A stretch of DNA of 64,000 nucleotides, from positions 65,286,001 through 65,350,000 of the forward strand of contig NC_042998.1 in NCBI RefSeq assembly GCF_006345805.1, written 5' to 3'. Positions 40,180-54,772 of this stretch are shown here, in pieces. The stretch's first letter is position 1; every line of letters starts with the position of its first letter. The notes below the pieces were generated by a model. That model saw only the letters and a list, made by a program, of their open reading frames with translations. It searched no databases and was not told the origin of the DNA. The translations under genes and the position numbers were made by a program. The DNA is from Octopus sinensis. Lineage: Eukaryota.

Positions 40180-41401
40180 GTCTGTGGAATCTTCACATAT
40201 GAAAAAACAAGTCAAAAATAGAAAATGCTAAAATAATTTTATAAAGAACATTTCAGTACCGGTTTCGGTCATTTTGAGACGTTTTCAACTGTAACGATTA
40301 AATAATTAAATTTAGAAAAGTTAGAAGAAAAGTTTTTTTAAAGGAATATTTCTATAGTAGTGTTCAGATATAAGTAGCATTCTGCCTTTCTTTGACTCCC
40401 TTGTTTACACTTGTGTGTTGGAGGTCGTTGTGAGTTCTTGGTAGGGTAGTAGAGGAAGAAGGCTGATGAGGAAAGGGGGTGGGAGAATCTGGGAGTGCCC
40501 TGATGGTCGTATTTTGAATGGTCAGTGGAGGCTGTCAGTCGCAGTTCAATTCAGGAGAATATTTCTATTGAAAGGCTTGTTTATAGAATTTGCGTAGGTG
40601 TTATACTAAAAAACAATAGTGACAAAGTTAAGGGGTAGAAGGTGGAGAAGTAGAAGAAGAAGAAGATGACGATGTTGATGATGATGATGATGAAGAAGAA
40701 GAAGAAGGAGAAGGAGAAGATGACGATGATGGTGATGGTGGTGATGGTTATGACGACGATGATAATGATAATGATGATGATGATGAAGAAGAAGAGAAAG
40801 AAGAAGAAAAAAACAGAGAAGGGAGAATATGAATGGGTTAAAGTAGTGAGGTGTTGTATGACTTGAAGTTGGCATGTTATGGATTATAGCTGTGGTTTTA
40901 GCTGTGATTAGTAATGGATTCTTTGGAATGTAATATTTGTGTGTGAATATTTCTTTCATTCTAAAGTTGAGGTATATTAATTGTTTGTCGTAGACCCGTT
41001 TAGAAGTGGCCTGTATTTTGCAATAAAGAGAGTTTCTTTACTTATTCGTTGTCTCGAGGTTGTATCGTCCCTAAATTGGTAGAGGGGGAAAATCCTGAAG
41101 CTTGGTGTTTTTTGTTGGCGCAAGTATCTATGTGTTGGCTAAAAGCTATTTTTCTGTTTTGGGGAATTTTTATCTGGGATCTGTGCAGGGCCATTCGTTT
41201 ACGCAAAACTATTTTTTGTTTGGCCTATGTACTGCTCTTGACACCCGGAGCAGGTAAGTGAATATATTAGGTTCTCCGAAGCACATGTGAAGTTGCTTTT
41301 CACTGTAAACCGTTGTCCCTGTTTGAAGGAGAACTCTGATCCCTCAATTAGATAGTCGCATATCCCGCAATTGGGTCTTCCACATTTTTTTACTGTCGGC
41401 T
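40180..41401 (-). mobile_element. Penelope-like element 3' fragment (GIY-YIG plus pseudo-LTR)
   Basis: CGRPNCGICDY..NLIYSLTCSGCQEQYIGQTKNS, then frameshifted FRIFPLYQ..KETLFIAKYRPLLN; homologous to 18452-18826. Confidence 0.82.
40251..40296 (-). ncRNA. Hammerhead-like motif, U3-A8 variant, degenerate stem II
   Basis: Minus strand CAG-TTGAAAA-CGTC-tcaaaat-GACC-GAAA-CCGG-TA-CTG. Confidence 0.55.
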
Positions 41402-41412
41402 TATATATATAT

Positions 41413-41456
<44 letters not shown>

Positions 41457-41479
41457 TATATATATATATATATATATAT

Positions 41480-41715
41480 TTTTTTGTTTTTTGTTTGTTT
41501 TTGTTTTTCCAGTTTCAGCTCTTGAGCTGTGGCCATGCTGGGGCACCGCCATTGTGGTGAAAGAGTACAGCAGGGATCACCACCCCCTGCCGGAGCCTTG
41601 TAGAGCTTTTAGGTGTTTTCGCTCAATAAACACACACAACGCCCGGTCTGAGAATCGAAACCGCGATCCTGCGACCGCGAGTCCGCTGCCCTAACCACTA
41701 GGCCATTGCGCCTCC
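41480..41715 (-). mobile_element. tRNA-derived SINE with GGCGGTGCCCCAGCATGGCC tail
   Basis: Head GGAGGCGCAATGGCCTAGTGGTTAGGG, GGTTTCGATTC B-box; A-rich tail. Confidence 0.85.
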
Positions 41716-41900
41716 ATATATATATATGTATACAGTCACATATATATATATATATATATACAGTCACATATATATATATATACAGTCACCTACAGTTCCC
41801 TAGACAGGAGACCACCTCTTCTTCCTCTTTCTTAGCTATAATGAATCTAGCAAAAGAACTGGAAAAAAACATCCGAGCTATCACCCACCACCATCCACTG

Positions 41901-41944
<44 letters not shown>

Positions 41945-42330
41945 CGGGCAAAACGCATCCGTCCAATGGACGGTGCTGAATCATATCTGATGAATAGAAA
42001 GCAATCACAAATATAATTAAGCATGCCATAATTCCAATAAAGTTTTTAGTTTTGTTAAATGAATTTAAGCCAAAAACAAAACTTATTGAGAAACCAAATC
42101 GTCTTTCCTTCCTTCATGCAAAGTTTGAACAAAATATATCTGTTGCATCTACATTATTGGTCTCTTAAATACACTGCATTTTATGGCATTATTTCAAGCC
42201 AGCGGGCTTTTTTTTAGCAAACCGTATGCGTACGCGAAGTATCGATCGCAATAGCTGATGTACTTGCGCGTACAAATGCACGTTCCCACGGTTTTATCGA
42301 TTGCATTCTCACCTGGAATCAATTTTTGTA

Positions 42331-42379
<49 letters not shown>

Positions 42380-42388
42380 CCACAACCA

Positions 42389-45300
42389 CAGTCACCTACA
42401 GTTCCCTAGACAGGAAACCACCTCTTCTTCCTCTTTCTTAGCTATAATGAATCTAGCAAAAGAACTGGAAAAAAACATCCGAGCTATCACCCACCACCAT
42501 CCACCACTATTATCCCACTGCACATGCCATTAAAAAGCAATCAAATAAACAAATCACCAAAACAATTAAAACCATCCACTCTCGCCTCAACATTTCTGCT
42601 TAATGCCCAAGGCATCAGCCCTTCCACCAATACACAAAAATGGAAGATAAGATTCCTGGAGGTCTGGGTCGAGGCCCATCCAATCCACATCCCTTTCTTC
42701 GTCCTCACTGAAACCCATCTTAGTAACCTTCACTTGGAAGCCGAGGTGAAAGTTAAAAATTTCAAAACCATTCGTGCTGATCGTGCTGGCAGAAGAAAGG
42801 GTGGGACTGCCATTTATGTTCATGATTCATTCTCAACAGAAGCATGAACATATTTTCCAATGGATACAGCGAAGCAGTCGCTGTATTCAGTCAAACCAAC
42901 AACTTAACAGTAGTTGGGCTCTACAGACCACCCCAAACGCCCCTACCATGCTTCAAGGAATGCCTCAACAGCATAAAGTGTTTCATTCAGTGTCAACCTG
43001 ACAACATTTTAATGATGGGAGACTTCAACCTTCCCGGGGTTGACTGGTCTACAAACAGTCTGCCGCCAGGTTCTTCTCTCTCAACCCCTGACAGGGAGGC
43101 AGTGGAATCGCTTCTTGACTTCATGGATGATTTCTTCCTGTCCCAACTGGTACTCGAACCAACGATATGTCATAAAAACGTCTTAGACTTAATTTTCAGC
43201 AATCACACTGATACTATCCACAATATTGCAGTGTAGAAAACCCTACTCTCCGACCATAACATGGTTCTCTGTGATCTGAGATTTCACTGGCCAAAATGCA
43301 GAACAAATGTCATCCCTCCTGTTCATCCATTTGACACTATGGATTTCCACAATGCAAATTGGGAAGCGATCAATAATGATCTTGCACAAGTCGATTGGTC
43401 CTTCACGCACACATACACACCCACTAACATCAATAAGTCCTGGCAGTCACTTGTAGACACCATTACGAACATATGTGCAAGACACACCCCATTACGATCT
43501 GCAAACAAATGTAAGTGTCGAATCCCTAGAAATAGAAAATCTCTCATCAGGAAAATTAAAAGAATTAACAAAAAGATCAACAAGCTGAAATACAGCAACA
43601 CACCAACCTGACTGCCATCTCGTCGCTAGAGATTAAAAAACATAAACTCCAAAACAACATGATGTCTATCATCAATAGTCAGCGAAGAGCTGAAGAGGCC
43701 TGGGCCATTGAGAAGATCAAACTCAATCCGAAAGTGTTCTTTTCATTTGCAAAAAAACACAGAGTCACTGATTCTACTGTTGGCCCTCTGATTCATGAAA
43801 ATGGTACTCTTCAAGACAATGCCAAAACCATGGGAGAGATATTGCAGAAACAATATTGCTTTGTTTTCAGCAATCCTGATATGACCGATCTGGGCTGTAT
43901 CAGTGATGTTACTCCCCAATACACTTTATCGGACATAACCTTTGGCGCTCCTGATGTCTTAGCAGCAATAAAGGAAATGAAGCATAATTCAGCAGTAAGT
44001 CCCGATAGATTCCCTGCTTGTGTCTTGAAGATGTGTCAAAACCAACTTGCACCCCCTCTAGCCAATCTGTGGCGGAACTCACTGGATGCTGGATATATAC
44101 CAGAAGAACTTCTATCCCAGTCTGTTGTCCCAGTCTTCAAAAAAGGAAACAAATCGATTGCCGTGAATTACCGTCCAATCTCACTCACCTCTCATATCAT
44201 TAAGGTATTTGAGAGAGTGCTGAGATCGCGTATGACTCACTTCCTTGAGAGTCATAATATGCTGAACCCCAACCAGCATGGATTCCGTAATGGGAGAGGT
44301 TGCCTGACGCAGCTACCGCATCATTTTGATGACATTTTGAGAGCCTTGGGAGAGGGTCCCAACACTGATGTCGTCTACCTTGATTTCAGCAAGGCCTTTG
44401 ACAGGGTTGATCATAAGATCCTTCTGAGAAAGCTGTCCAATATTGGTGTCACTGGAAAGCTGCTGCAGTGGATCAAGTGCTTCATGTCTAACAGAACCCA
44501 ACATGTTGTAGTCGAAGGAATCAAATCCAGCCCAGCCAAAGTCAGCAGTGGTGTCCCACAAGGCACAGTGTTGGGCCCACTTCTCTTCATCATCTATATA
44601 AATGATATTACTGACACCATCAAACACAGTAACATCAGAACCTCCGCTGATTATTCCAAGCTCCAGAAGGTCATCAATGGCGTGGATGACCGAATAAACC
44701 TTCAGTCAGACCTACTGGCTGTTGTATAATGGGCGGAAAAGAATAACATGTTGCTAAATGAAGACAAATTCGAACTGATCCACTTTGGAAGGGAGGACGC
44801 TCTGAAACTCACATACTCTCTTCCTTCTGGAGAAATTCTCATGGCATCCAACAACATCAGAGACTTGGGAGTAACAGTGGACAACAACATAAGCTGGGCT
44901 ACACATATAAGCAGCAAAGCTGACATGGCCCGCAGAATGTGCTCCTGGATTCTCAGAACCTTCCAGTCGAGAGATTCGCACACTATTATCCTTCTCTTCT
45001 CCACTTTTGCCCGACCCCACCTTGAATACTGCTGTCCACTGTGGTCTCCCTACACAAAACAAAATATTATGAGAATTGAAGCTCCCCAAAGGTCAATCAC
45101 AAAAAAGATAGATGGCATGTCAGACCTTGACTACTGGGGTAGACTAGAGAAGCTGAAATTGTATTCACTCCAACGGCGCCGTGAACGCTACATTATCTGT
45201 ATGATGTGGAAAATATTATATCAGCACTGTCCGAATGATGTTGGCATCACCTTCAAAATACATCCAAGGCTTGGACCACGTACCATCCGTCCACAACAAA

Positions 45301-45620
45301 AATCTAAATCGCATCATATTACGACAATACGGCACAACTATTTCACCTCAATTGGACCCGCTCTCTTCAACATTATACCAGTACACGTCAAAAAAGAAAC
45401 TGACCACACAAAATTCAAGACGTCTTTGGACAAATTCCTTCAAACAGTCCCGGACAAACCACCCACACCCGGATATGTCTCCGCAAACAATAACTCTCTG
45501 CTCGAATGGGCCTTGGTGCCCAAATCCTGAATTGAAAGACTTCGCCAGGTGGTGCTATTAAGTTAGACATGGCCTGGGCCAATACTGGTCAAAACCTTTC
45601 TAAGTTATTCTAAGTTATTT
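42389..45620 (+). mobile_element. CR1/L2-like LINE, near-complete ORF2 (APE + RT) with several disruptions
   Basis: APE motifs LNAQG, LTETHL, GGTAIYV, MGDFNLP, VLDLIFS; RT motifs NYRPISL, QHGFR, LDFSKAFD, GVPQGTVLGP, SADYSK (degenerate FADD); (TTCTAAG) tail near 45598-45615. Confidence 0.92.
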
Positions 45621-45647
45621 ATACGTTATTATATATATATACGTTAT

Positions 45648-45721
<74 letters not shown>

Positions 45722-45802
45722 CTTATGTATGCATATGTATTATATATGTGTATATATGTATATATATATATATAGATGATATGTATATACATAAACATAT
45801 AG

Positions 45803-45876
<74 letters not shown>

Positions 45877-47174
45877 ATACATACATATATCTGTGCATGT
45901 ATAAATAGTTCTATATTTAAGAGATGAGAAATTAAGTACATTCATCATCTCTTAAGGGGTACATATTTTTATCAGGTTTCAAAATCGAATCAACAGCGTT
46001 TGCTAAGCAGCGTGAGTGGTACAAATACACCTACGCGTGCGCTCTCTCTCTCTCTCTCTCTCACACGCACACACACACAAATATATATATATAGGTAGAT
46101 ATAAATTTTTAAAAATTAATATATATGTATATATGCATATGCGTGTGTGTATGCATGTATGTATGTACGCATGAACGCATACAATACAGGGATTACCTCA
46201 GTGTCCGTCAACCAATTCAACAATTCGCAGTCGGCTTGGGATTACAGTTGAAGACATTACCACACAGTTAAATTGTACCCAGAATTGTACTGTTTGGAAG
46301 CATGTATAATTTCCTCACCACTTCTGCACCTAAACGTATATAGCATTTTGTTTTGTTTGGGTGTGTATGCGTATGTATTTGTACTTATACGTATTTCTAT
46401 GTGATTGTTACTAGTGTGTCAACTATTTGTGAAAAATGCCGATATTCTTTTTGAACTGTCAAATGTGCTAAATATTGATTCACCGAATAGCGGAAGGTGA
46501 GAGGGAAAGGCGATAATTGTGTGATTGGCCTTTGAAAGGTTACAAGTGTTTCGCTGAAATGGCTTTGTTTCCTAAGCGTTGCTAATTGCCGGAAGGATCT
46601 TTTCAAATTCTGGTACTTTGCAACGCGTTGTCGGACAACGAGTGGTGGCGTAAATATTCTCGCCCTTTTAATCATCGTCTTTCATCTTGCAGTTATATCT
46701 TAGCACCGAATTCTGATACGATGTACTGTTTTTGCATTTTGCATAGTAACCTTGCTACAGCAAAATAGCTCCCGTGCCAAACACCAAGCGCTCTTATTTT
46801 GCCGTCATCGGTTACATATCCAGATAAAATTTGAATCATGTTTTCTGAGATTGTAGTTACGTCGTTCAGTATTATGTGTGTGTGTTTCGAGCGACGTATT
46901 TTTTATGTTTCCAGAATATGATTCACTGTGTAGCTGAATTTAATTTAAATTGAATTTAACAACTTTTCATGAAAAGTCATAAATTCATGTAAGTTAACTT
47001 TTAGTATGAATTTTGTATTCAATTGGCGCAGCATATTTAAGTCCACATTAATATAAAGCTATGCAAATGAACTTAGTGTGAAAACGCGTGATTAGATGAA
47101 TTTCTTAAATGATCACATTTTGTAGCATCTCCTTCTATGCGCGTGTATAAACACTAATACGTATGTATATATAC

Positions 47175-47234
<60 letters not shown>

Positions 47235-48638
47235 TATATATATCTATATACGCACACACACAACAAATATATCATGAAATACAGTATGTATATATATTTT
47301 ATGATTTCTCTTAGATATATGGGTATAGCGTTATCAATACTCAGTTGTTAGAACTAATATACAATGATTTTGAGTGAAGAGTTAGGTAAGAAACGAGCAT
47401 AAAATATATATAAATGCAAAGAAAACGATGTTCACGTAATTAACTACACTAGTAGAGACCCGTTTCTGCTATTAAAAGAATCAGTGCACTCGGAGCTGAT
47501 TGCTTGTGCAAAATTCTAAAGCTTTCTAGAAGCCGTTAAAATGAAATGAATGCTTATTTCAGAAATCATTTAAATACATGGAGTGAGTTACATTCAAATC
47601 CATATAAGGTCTCACCTATACTGTGAGAAACGAGATACCTAAATATGTGGTATACAGCCATTAAAATGAATCACAATGTGCTTACCTTTCTATGACTCAT
47701 TGTTAACATTATTAATGGAGAAGACTACAATGACATGTGTATAAGTAATACATTTTGTGATGTAATAAAATGTAACCTTAAATATGGTTTTGTGCTTGTA
47801 TGGTTTCTTCAGCATTTCTTCATAAGATTCTAATATATCTGAAAAGGCTTTTATAAATACATAACATATAAATCTTCCTTAACCATTTCTTGAATTCTCT
47901 TTTACATATCATTATATGTCATTATATCCTATTCCACTTAATTTCGTAACTTTTCTTTTTTACAGTAAATCTAACGAAAATATATACCTACATTTTAATA
48001 TAATTTAAAATTTCATTTTCGATAGTTTTCTCGCTTTTACTTTTTCAATTAATTCAATCTTATGAAATACCTAGAGAATAAAATTGAAAAACAAATATTC
48101 CTATTTATCTCATTTGAAATGAAATTGTTATTTTTCCTTGAGATGTAAGGTGAAATATCGACAACAGTTCGCCTATAGAAGTCAGCAATAATATCTACTG
48201 CTTTCGAAAGAACTTAAACTTTATACGACAATAAAATTTGCAAACTATACTATACTACTTTCAGTTCCTGGCGGTGTTAGACCGTGTTAAACCGATTGAA
48301 CAATCTATTTTTGGAATTCATATGGATTCTAATCTGTTAATCTCTTGTCTCGTTAGGTTACACAAATAATACTCATCTTAGGATTTCCCTCATAAGCCTT
48401 CTATGGGATGAGATATTTTACTCGTTCTCAGGTCAATACATTTGAGGACACTGAATGCAAATGGTACCATTTGCAGGGAATTGTGCAAATTTATAGATAT
48501 TTAGAACATTTTGAGTACATGTACTTGCTTAAGTTTATGGGCTGTTTTGAAAATAATCTTAGATTAATAAAATATTAGGTCTCAAAGTTTAATGTCAAAT
48601 GACAGAAAATTGGCTTTCGTATGTTATATATGTGTATG

Positions 48639-48705
<67 letters not shown>

Positions 48706-48801
48706 ACAACAACCAATATTTACGAAGGAAATCGTGACATTATTTTAGATCACACCTTTAAAAGTTCTAGTAGTTTTTTCAATTGCATTAACACATACAT
48801 T

Positions 48802-48890
<89 letters not shown>

Positions 48891-49015
48891 TTTCACTATT
48901 GGATTTACCCAATAGTGGTTTTATCTCTAATTTGATTTATATTTATACTGTGAAATTTGATTTAGTCCTAAATCTAATTTTTTCCTAAGTTTGGATTTAC
49001 TCCCTAATAATAATA

Positions 49016-49050
<35 letters not shown>

Positions 49051-49090
49051 TATATATATATATATATATATACTATATATACTATGTATG

Positions 49091-49148
<58 letters not shown>

Positions 49149-52100
49149 TATATATATACTATATATACTATGTATACGATATATATATATACTATATATA
49201 CTATGTACACGATATATACATATCAATCCAGGGTACGCTGTATAAATTCTGAAAATTGATGCTTTTTGATTCTGTAATATTGGTAAATATATCTTTTAAA
49301 ATGAGATGTCAGTGTTATTTTCAGTTCTGACCATTATAGACGACAGTAAATTCCCCACAGCCTCCGTATATGCATATTTGTGGATACACACACACACTCA
49401 TGCGCTCACACACGCACACACACACAGAAACACACACAAACACACACACACAAAACATATATATAAATATACATAAAGATATGTGTACTGTTCTGTGAGA
49501 TCTGCAGAAATGTGTACCCCATCAGGTGCTACTTCACCGTACGATCTACAATATCCTCTCTACGCTGTGAAATTACTTTTAGCAACGGTCTCCCTTTTCT
49601 TAACGTTTTTCATATTCGCGTGCAATCTACCTCCAATATAATAAATTTATACAACAGGACGATATCAACAAATTGTATAATGTTGACCAATGATTTTTTA
49701 ATAACTCTTTTAAGAACACTTAAATCTTAATTAACGATACACACTACTATAATTTGTATATAGAACAGTACTGAGCTCTAATCCTCATGTCTGATTCGTT
49801 ACACTAATCGAAAATATATAGCATGGACTACACCAGTTCAGTTTATGATGTTTGTTTTCTAGTCTACCATTCCATAGGCTACACGTTTAATTCAAGACAG
49901 TTACATAAATTGCACTTTGAACTAGTAATAATATTCCATCATCAGATTTCATTTAAAACAATAAATAGCTTGGCGTAGACTACGCAGTATAGGATTCTTC
50001 GAATCCGATTAGCCACAGGAATATTAAAATTTGGCACCACTACTTTATTCATTAAACAACACCATTTTAAATAACAGATTCGCGATGAATATAATTTAGA
50101 ACTCTACTCAATATAGTGAATGTATACATTTTAGATCTAATATCAAGTAAAAAGTTGCAATCTTTTACGTGTTACGCTCATGTAGCGAATGATAGATTTC
50201 GTAGATAAAAAAGGAATACCAGATTTTTAAGACTTCAAAAAAGGTGTAGTTTTCATAATATAAATATGTATGTAGCTGTCCTTAGTAAAATAGGATATAA
50301 TGCATATATGTTAGCTATGTTAGCAATAAAGTATTTTCACTATTGCTTTTGATTGGGCTAAAACAAACCCATATTTTTATTTTAAAACTAAGCAGTGTGG
50401 TCATTATTAAATTCTGATAGTTGAAAATGCGGTTGTTATAACTAGCATTTACGTAACACAGCGATCTGTACCCTTAGCTAAATATAATCTCACAAGAAAT
50501 TTTAACTGTATACAACGAAACAAAGTGTCAGCTATATTATTTTGTAGAGGCTGTGTATACTACGTTACAGAAAGTTCGTATGCATTTTCCGTTGAATGTA
50601 TGAAACCTCAAGTATAAAACTTTAAAATAATTATGTATTATATGCGTACAATAATAATGCAGCAATTGTTATAATAAGAAATTTTACTACAAATACCTGT
50701 CCGGCCATATCATAGGTTAGAATTAATCCGTAATATTACTGGCTGTTTCATCATTGATATTGATTTGCTGAGGAAAATAAATGACTTTCCCTAGTTGCTA
50801 GTAAACGTGTATATGAGTGAGTAGCTTTTCCTATGGTTCATTATACTATAATGACTCGCCTAATGTATATCAAACCATATTATATATGCTTGCAGTGTTA
50901 TCAATAAGTGATGTAAATATTATATTGCTTAAAGAAATGGGGTCTCCTTTAAATACTGACGGGTACCGTAAAATCTCTCAGGCATCATGTACTAAGAAGC
51001 ACCCAGGATTGCTTAGTGTGTACAATCCCAATGTAATTGTTAAGATGGGAAGACCACAGTTCGTTTCGATTGTATTATAAAGAATATATGGAGTTTAACT
51101 CCAAAACAGTTGCAAAGAATATGGAGACTTGTACAATTTTAAGTTTCTCTTTTAATTTAAAACTTTATTTTACAGGATAGTTTGTTGAAATAATCAACGC
51201 GCGTTTCTGTTGCATAGAGTATGTGTAGTTGTTTATGCAACCCGCAATAGACGCAATTTGACGCTTTTCCTATAATATTGAATCCCCTTCTCTTAGCACC
51301 GACAACGGAATGCCTCGGGGAATTGGCGAAACAAAACCAAGACAAAAAGTGAACAAACAGACGTGAAATAATAAAAAAAATGCGATACAGAAAGTTAACA
51401 TGCTAATGTAGAATAAATATAATACAAGGTGAGACAATTAATGGACAGACGAAAATACGCAGAATGACAGGACATACGAAGGAACCGCAATAAACAAACA
51501 AAGCAATAAGGCCTAGGGCCAGACAGGAGTCGAAACAGTCAATGCCGAGGGAATATCCTAAAAGATTAACAGAGAGACAGCGACAGGAGAATAAAGTGGG
51601 TGTCGAGAAGTTGACTATTTTATGTCTCCTGATTGAACCTAAGGCCTTATATTGATTGTTTAATCATTTCAACTCGTTTAATAATTCCATCGTCCGGTTT
51701 GTTTTCGTCTCTGTCCATCGTGTCTCCACTAAATGTTTCGTTTTAATTGCATTTATCCCACTTTTACATGTTAACATATTTTTATCGGATTGTTGTTTGT
51801 TTCTTGTCCGTTTGTTCATTTTCTGTCCATTTTTATCCCGTTCGTCGAAATTGCTGGTCTTGGGCCAACATTTGGAACATATGTGTCTGTGTGTGTGTAT
51901 ACACAAATGCATTTACATACACACGCACACACACACTAGATAATTAAATGGATAGATGGGAGAAATCGATAGACATACGAATTAGATCCACAGATAGGTC
52001 GGTTGATTGATAGGGTGAGAGAAGAAGGAAGGTAAAAAGGCAGATACGCAGAGATTTAAATACGTGAATAAATATAAGTACAACTACATAGATATACACA

Positions 52101-52885
52101 CAAACGCAGTAACACAAAATTTCCCACTTACATATCCATTGAATTCTAGTTTTACAATATATTTTATTCCAGGGGGCATTTATATTCTATCTACGCATAT
52201 TTCAATTTAAGCCCATACAAGATTAAATATTTCCCTCTTTCATCACTATATTAATTTCACTGAGTTGATGTAGGGCAGATACTTAAGAATATATTATATC
52301 AATATAATCGTTAGATGCAGTCGTTTTTGCAGACTTTGATAAATGCATAATGCGTTGCGTAGATATAGATCTGCAATTATAAAGTAATATAAACTTGCAT
52401 TGAGAAAACGATAATTCCTCCTTTGAACATTAATATAAAATCACCTGAATCCATATTTTTATTGTTTGGGATTGGTTAATATTGTGTTTCTCGGCTATTT
52501 GGTGCAATTTGCATTCAATTTATGTCGGCATTATTCATCTAAATAAAAGATATCATATACTATATATTATTTATATATATATTTCATCATTCCTATATAA
52601 TATGTCTTGCATGATATAATCACCATTCAGGTTCTTTATGGGTATGTATACATATACATATATACATAAATATGTATGTATGTATGTTAAAAGATAAACT
52701 AATTTATAATAGTAATTCTTCGATACTGAGCCTTGCGCTATCTTACGAAGTAAGGAAAATTAAATGTGAGCTTTGCCTTGAAGAACCATTCTAAATACTT
52801 ACGTCAGAGTTTATCACGATTAAAAGGCAGAACTAATGATAAAATATAAATATTTTTTTTAATCTTTAGATTATACCTTCGATAA

Positions 52886-54000
52886 CACTGAGCAAGAAAA
52901 ACACTTTTCTTTTTTGTCGGGTGCCTTGAATATTTCAACGACTTCTTCGGTGATTTTATTAGCTAAATTAAAAGATAACTTAATTTTTTCTGTATCAGTT
53001 TAGTTTTCTGACTAAACCTGATGTTGTAAGTATTTTATCCATACAAAAGGCTTATTGCATGAATCAATAACGACAGCGTAACACAAAACAAAACGAAGTA
53101 CAAATAAAAATTCAAAATTGAAGAGGCATATTGGTTAAGATTTTTGGCAAAAAATTAAAGGAATAAAGTTGCACTTCTTTGTGCACTGTGAATGGTGAGC
53201 AACAGGAGTATCTTGTTTTAAACACCAGCAATAGTCTGCCATCATCACAGCATCCCAACGTTCTTCGTACCGTGTTTCCATCTTCTTGATGTCCTGGACG
53301 AATCGTTCGCCTAGTTCATCGCTAACATTGAGATTTTCAGGAAAACGATCAAGGGGAAAAATCAATATAATGAATTTCGATCTCACATTCGCGCCAATAT
53401 CGCGATAAGTTGATATCAAATTGGTAACAAGGTCCTTATAGGTTTTATCTTTGTGTTTCACACGGAAATTTTGCTCTACTTCTACAAAGGCTAGCCAAGT
53501 TAATACTTCATTTTCGCTCATTATTTTCACGGAATTTGTGTCTTTTGAGAGCTTCCGGATCTGTGGTCCTTCAAAACTCTCTGCTTAATGTTTTTCAATC
53601 ATCAAATCTGGAAATACACTACAGATATACTTGAAGTATATCCCAGTTTTGTCGAGACTTTGACAAATTGCCTGATCAACCCAAGGTTGATGTACAAATG
53701 GGTGGAAATGATCTTATCTCGCTCAACTAAAGGTTCTTCCAATATATTGGCAGCTCTAAATAGCGCCATATTAGTTCGAGGCGGCCAGTCTTTCTTAACA
53801 TTGTGCTTTCCTTGGTCTCTACTTTCCGACCTGCAAAGAAAGAATGGTCATTTTATATAATCATATTGCTGTTCCTTGAGAAAATCCACCCATCTGTAAG
53901 TCAACACAGATGAACTATTTATGGTCATAATGCTGTATTTTCACTAAAACCAACTTATTTTCTTCATATTTGTCTTTCAGGGTTGTTGAGTGGCCGAGTG
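52886..54000 (-). mobile_element. Decayed DDE DNA transposon, probably Chapaev/CMC-like
   Basis: ORF 53135-53530 ..DRFPENL.VSDELGERFVQDIKKMETRY..MMADYCW; upstream frameshifted LYINLGLIRQFVK and EGPQIRKL; CACTG terminus at 52886. Superfamily name is from recalled motifs, not a search. Confidence 0.65.
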
Positions 54001-54294
54001 GAACAGAGCCATACACATTTTCGTTTTGCAACAATACACATTTTAAACTACGCTAACATAACATAGCAAACATAACAAAACTCATTTTGTGAATTAACGC
54101 AGCACTTTCTTGATGAGGATATCTTGCTTGTTTTCTATTGCTTAGGTCACCACATCACATAAAATGTATGGAAAAAGAAAGCAAATCTTAGAATTAGAAT
54201 CAGGTACCGAACACTGCGTGCTAGGGGCACACATATACATAGTCACTATAGGGATGTTCAATAACTTAAAAACTAAATCTGATAGTAAAAATTT

Positions 54295-54772
54295 TTTGCC
54301 AACATAACATGGCAGTCCTGGTTTAGGACGATTGTTGCTGTAATTTATCCCCAGGAGACATTGTTTCCAGTTGGCTATACGACACGATCTGTGTCCTTAT
54401 ATTTTCAAACAAGGGAATCTAGCACTCCACTCAGCTAAAAATCTCTGTGTACCGCAATTTCGGTGTTATTTCCCTCCATCAGCACATAATAATTGTTCTG
54501 CGAGTGATGGCACTGTCAAACCCCCGTTCGAAATATATAGTTTTCAAAATGACAGCTAGTCACTGTTCTATAGATTAGAAAATTAGTATTTTAAAATCTC
54601 ACAACGTGAGATATTCAGCTACAGATCGTGTCGTATAGCCAGCTGGAGACGATGTCTCCTGGGGGCATTCGTCCTTAACCAGATCTGCTGTGTTATGTTG
54701 GCAAACAATTCTAACTACAAAATACTGTTGCTGAAAACCTCACGTTGTGAGATTTAACAATACAAATTTTCT
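54295..54772. repeat. Nested inverted-repeat element (MITE or fold-back-like)
   Basis: Arms 54295-54392 / 54621-54705 and 54577-54610 / 54739-54772. Confidence 0.8.

Noticed and set aside
41980-42012. CTGATGA-ATA-GAAA string
   Set aside because: No stem II and no stem I pairing.
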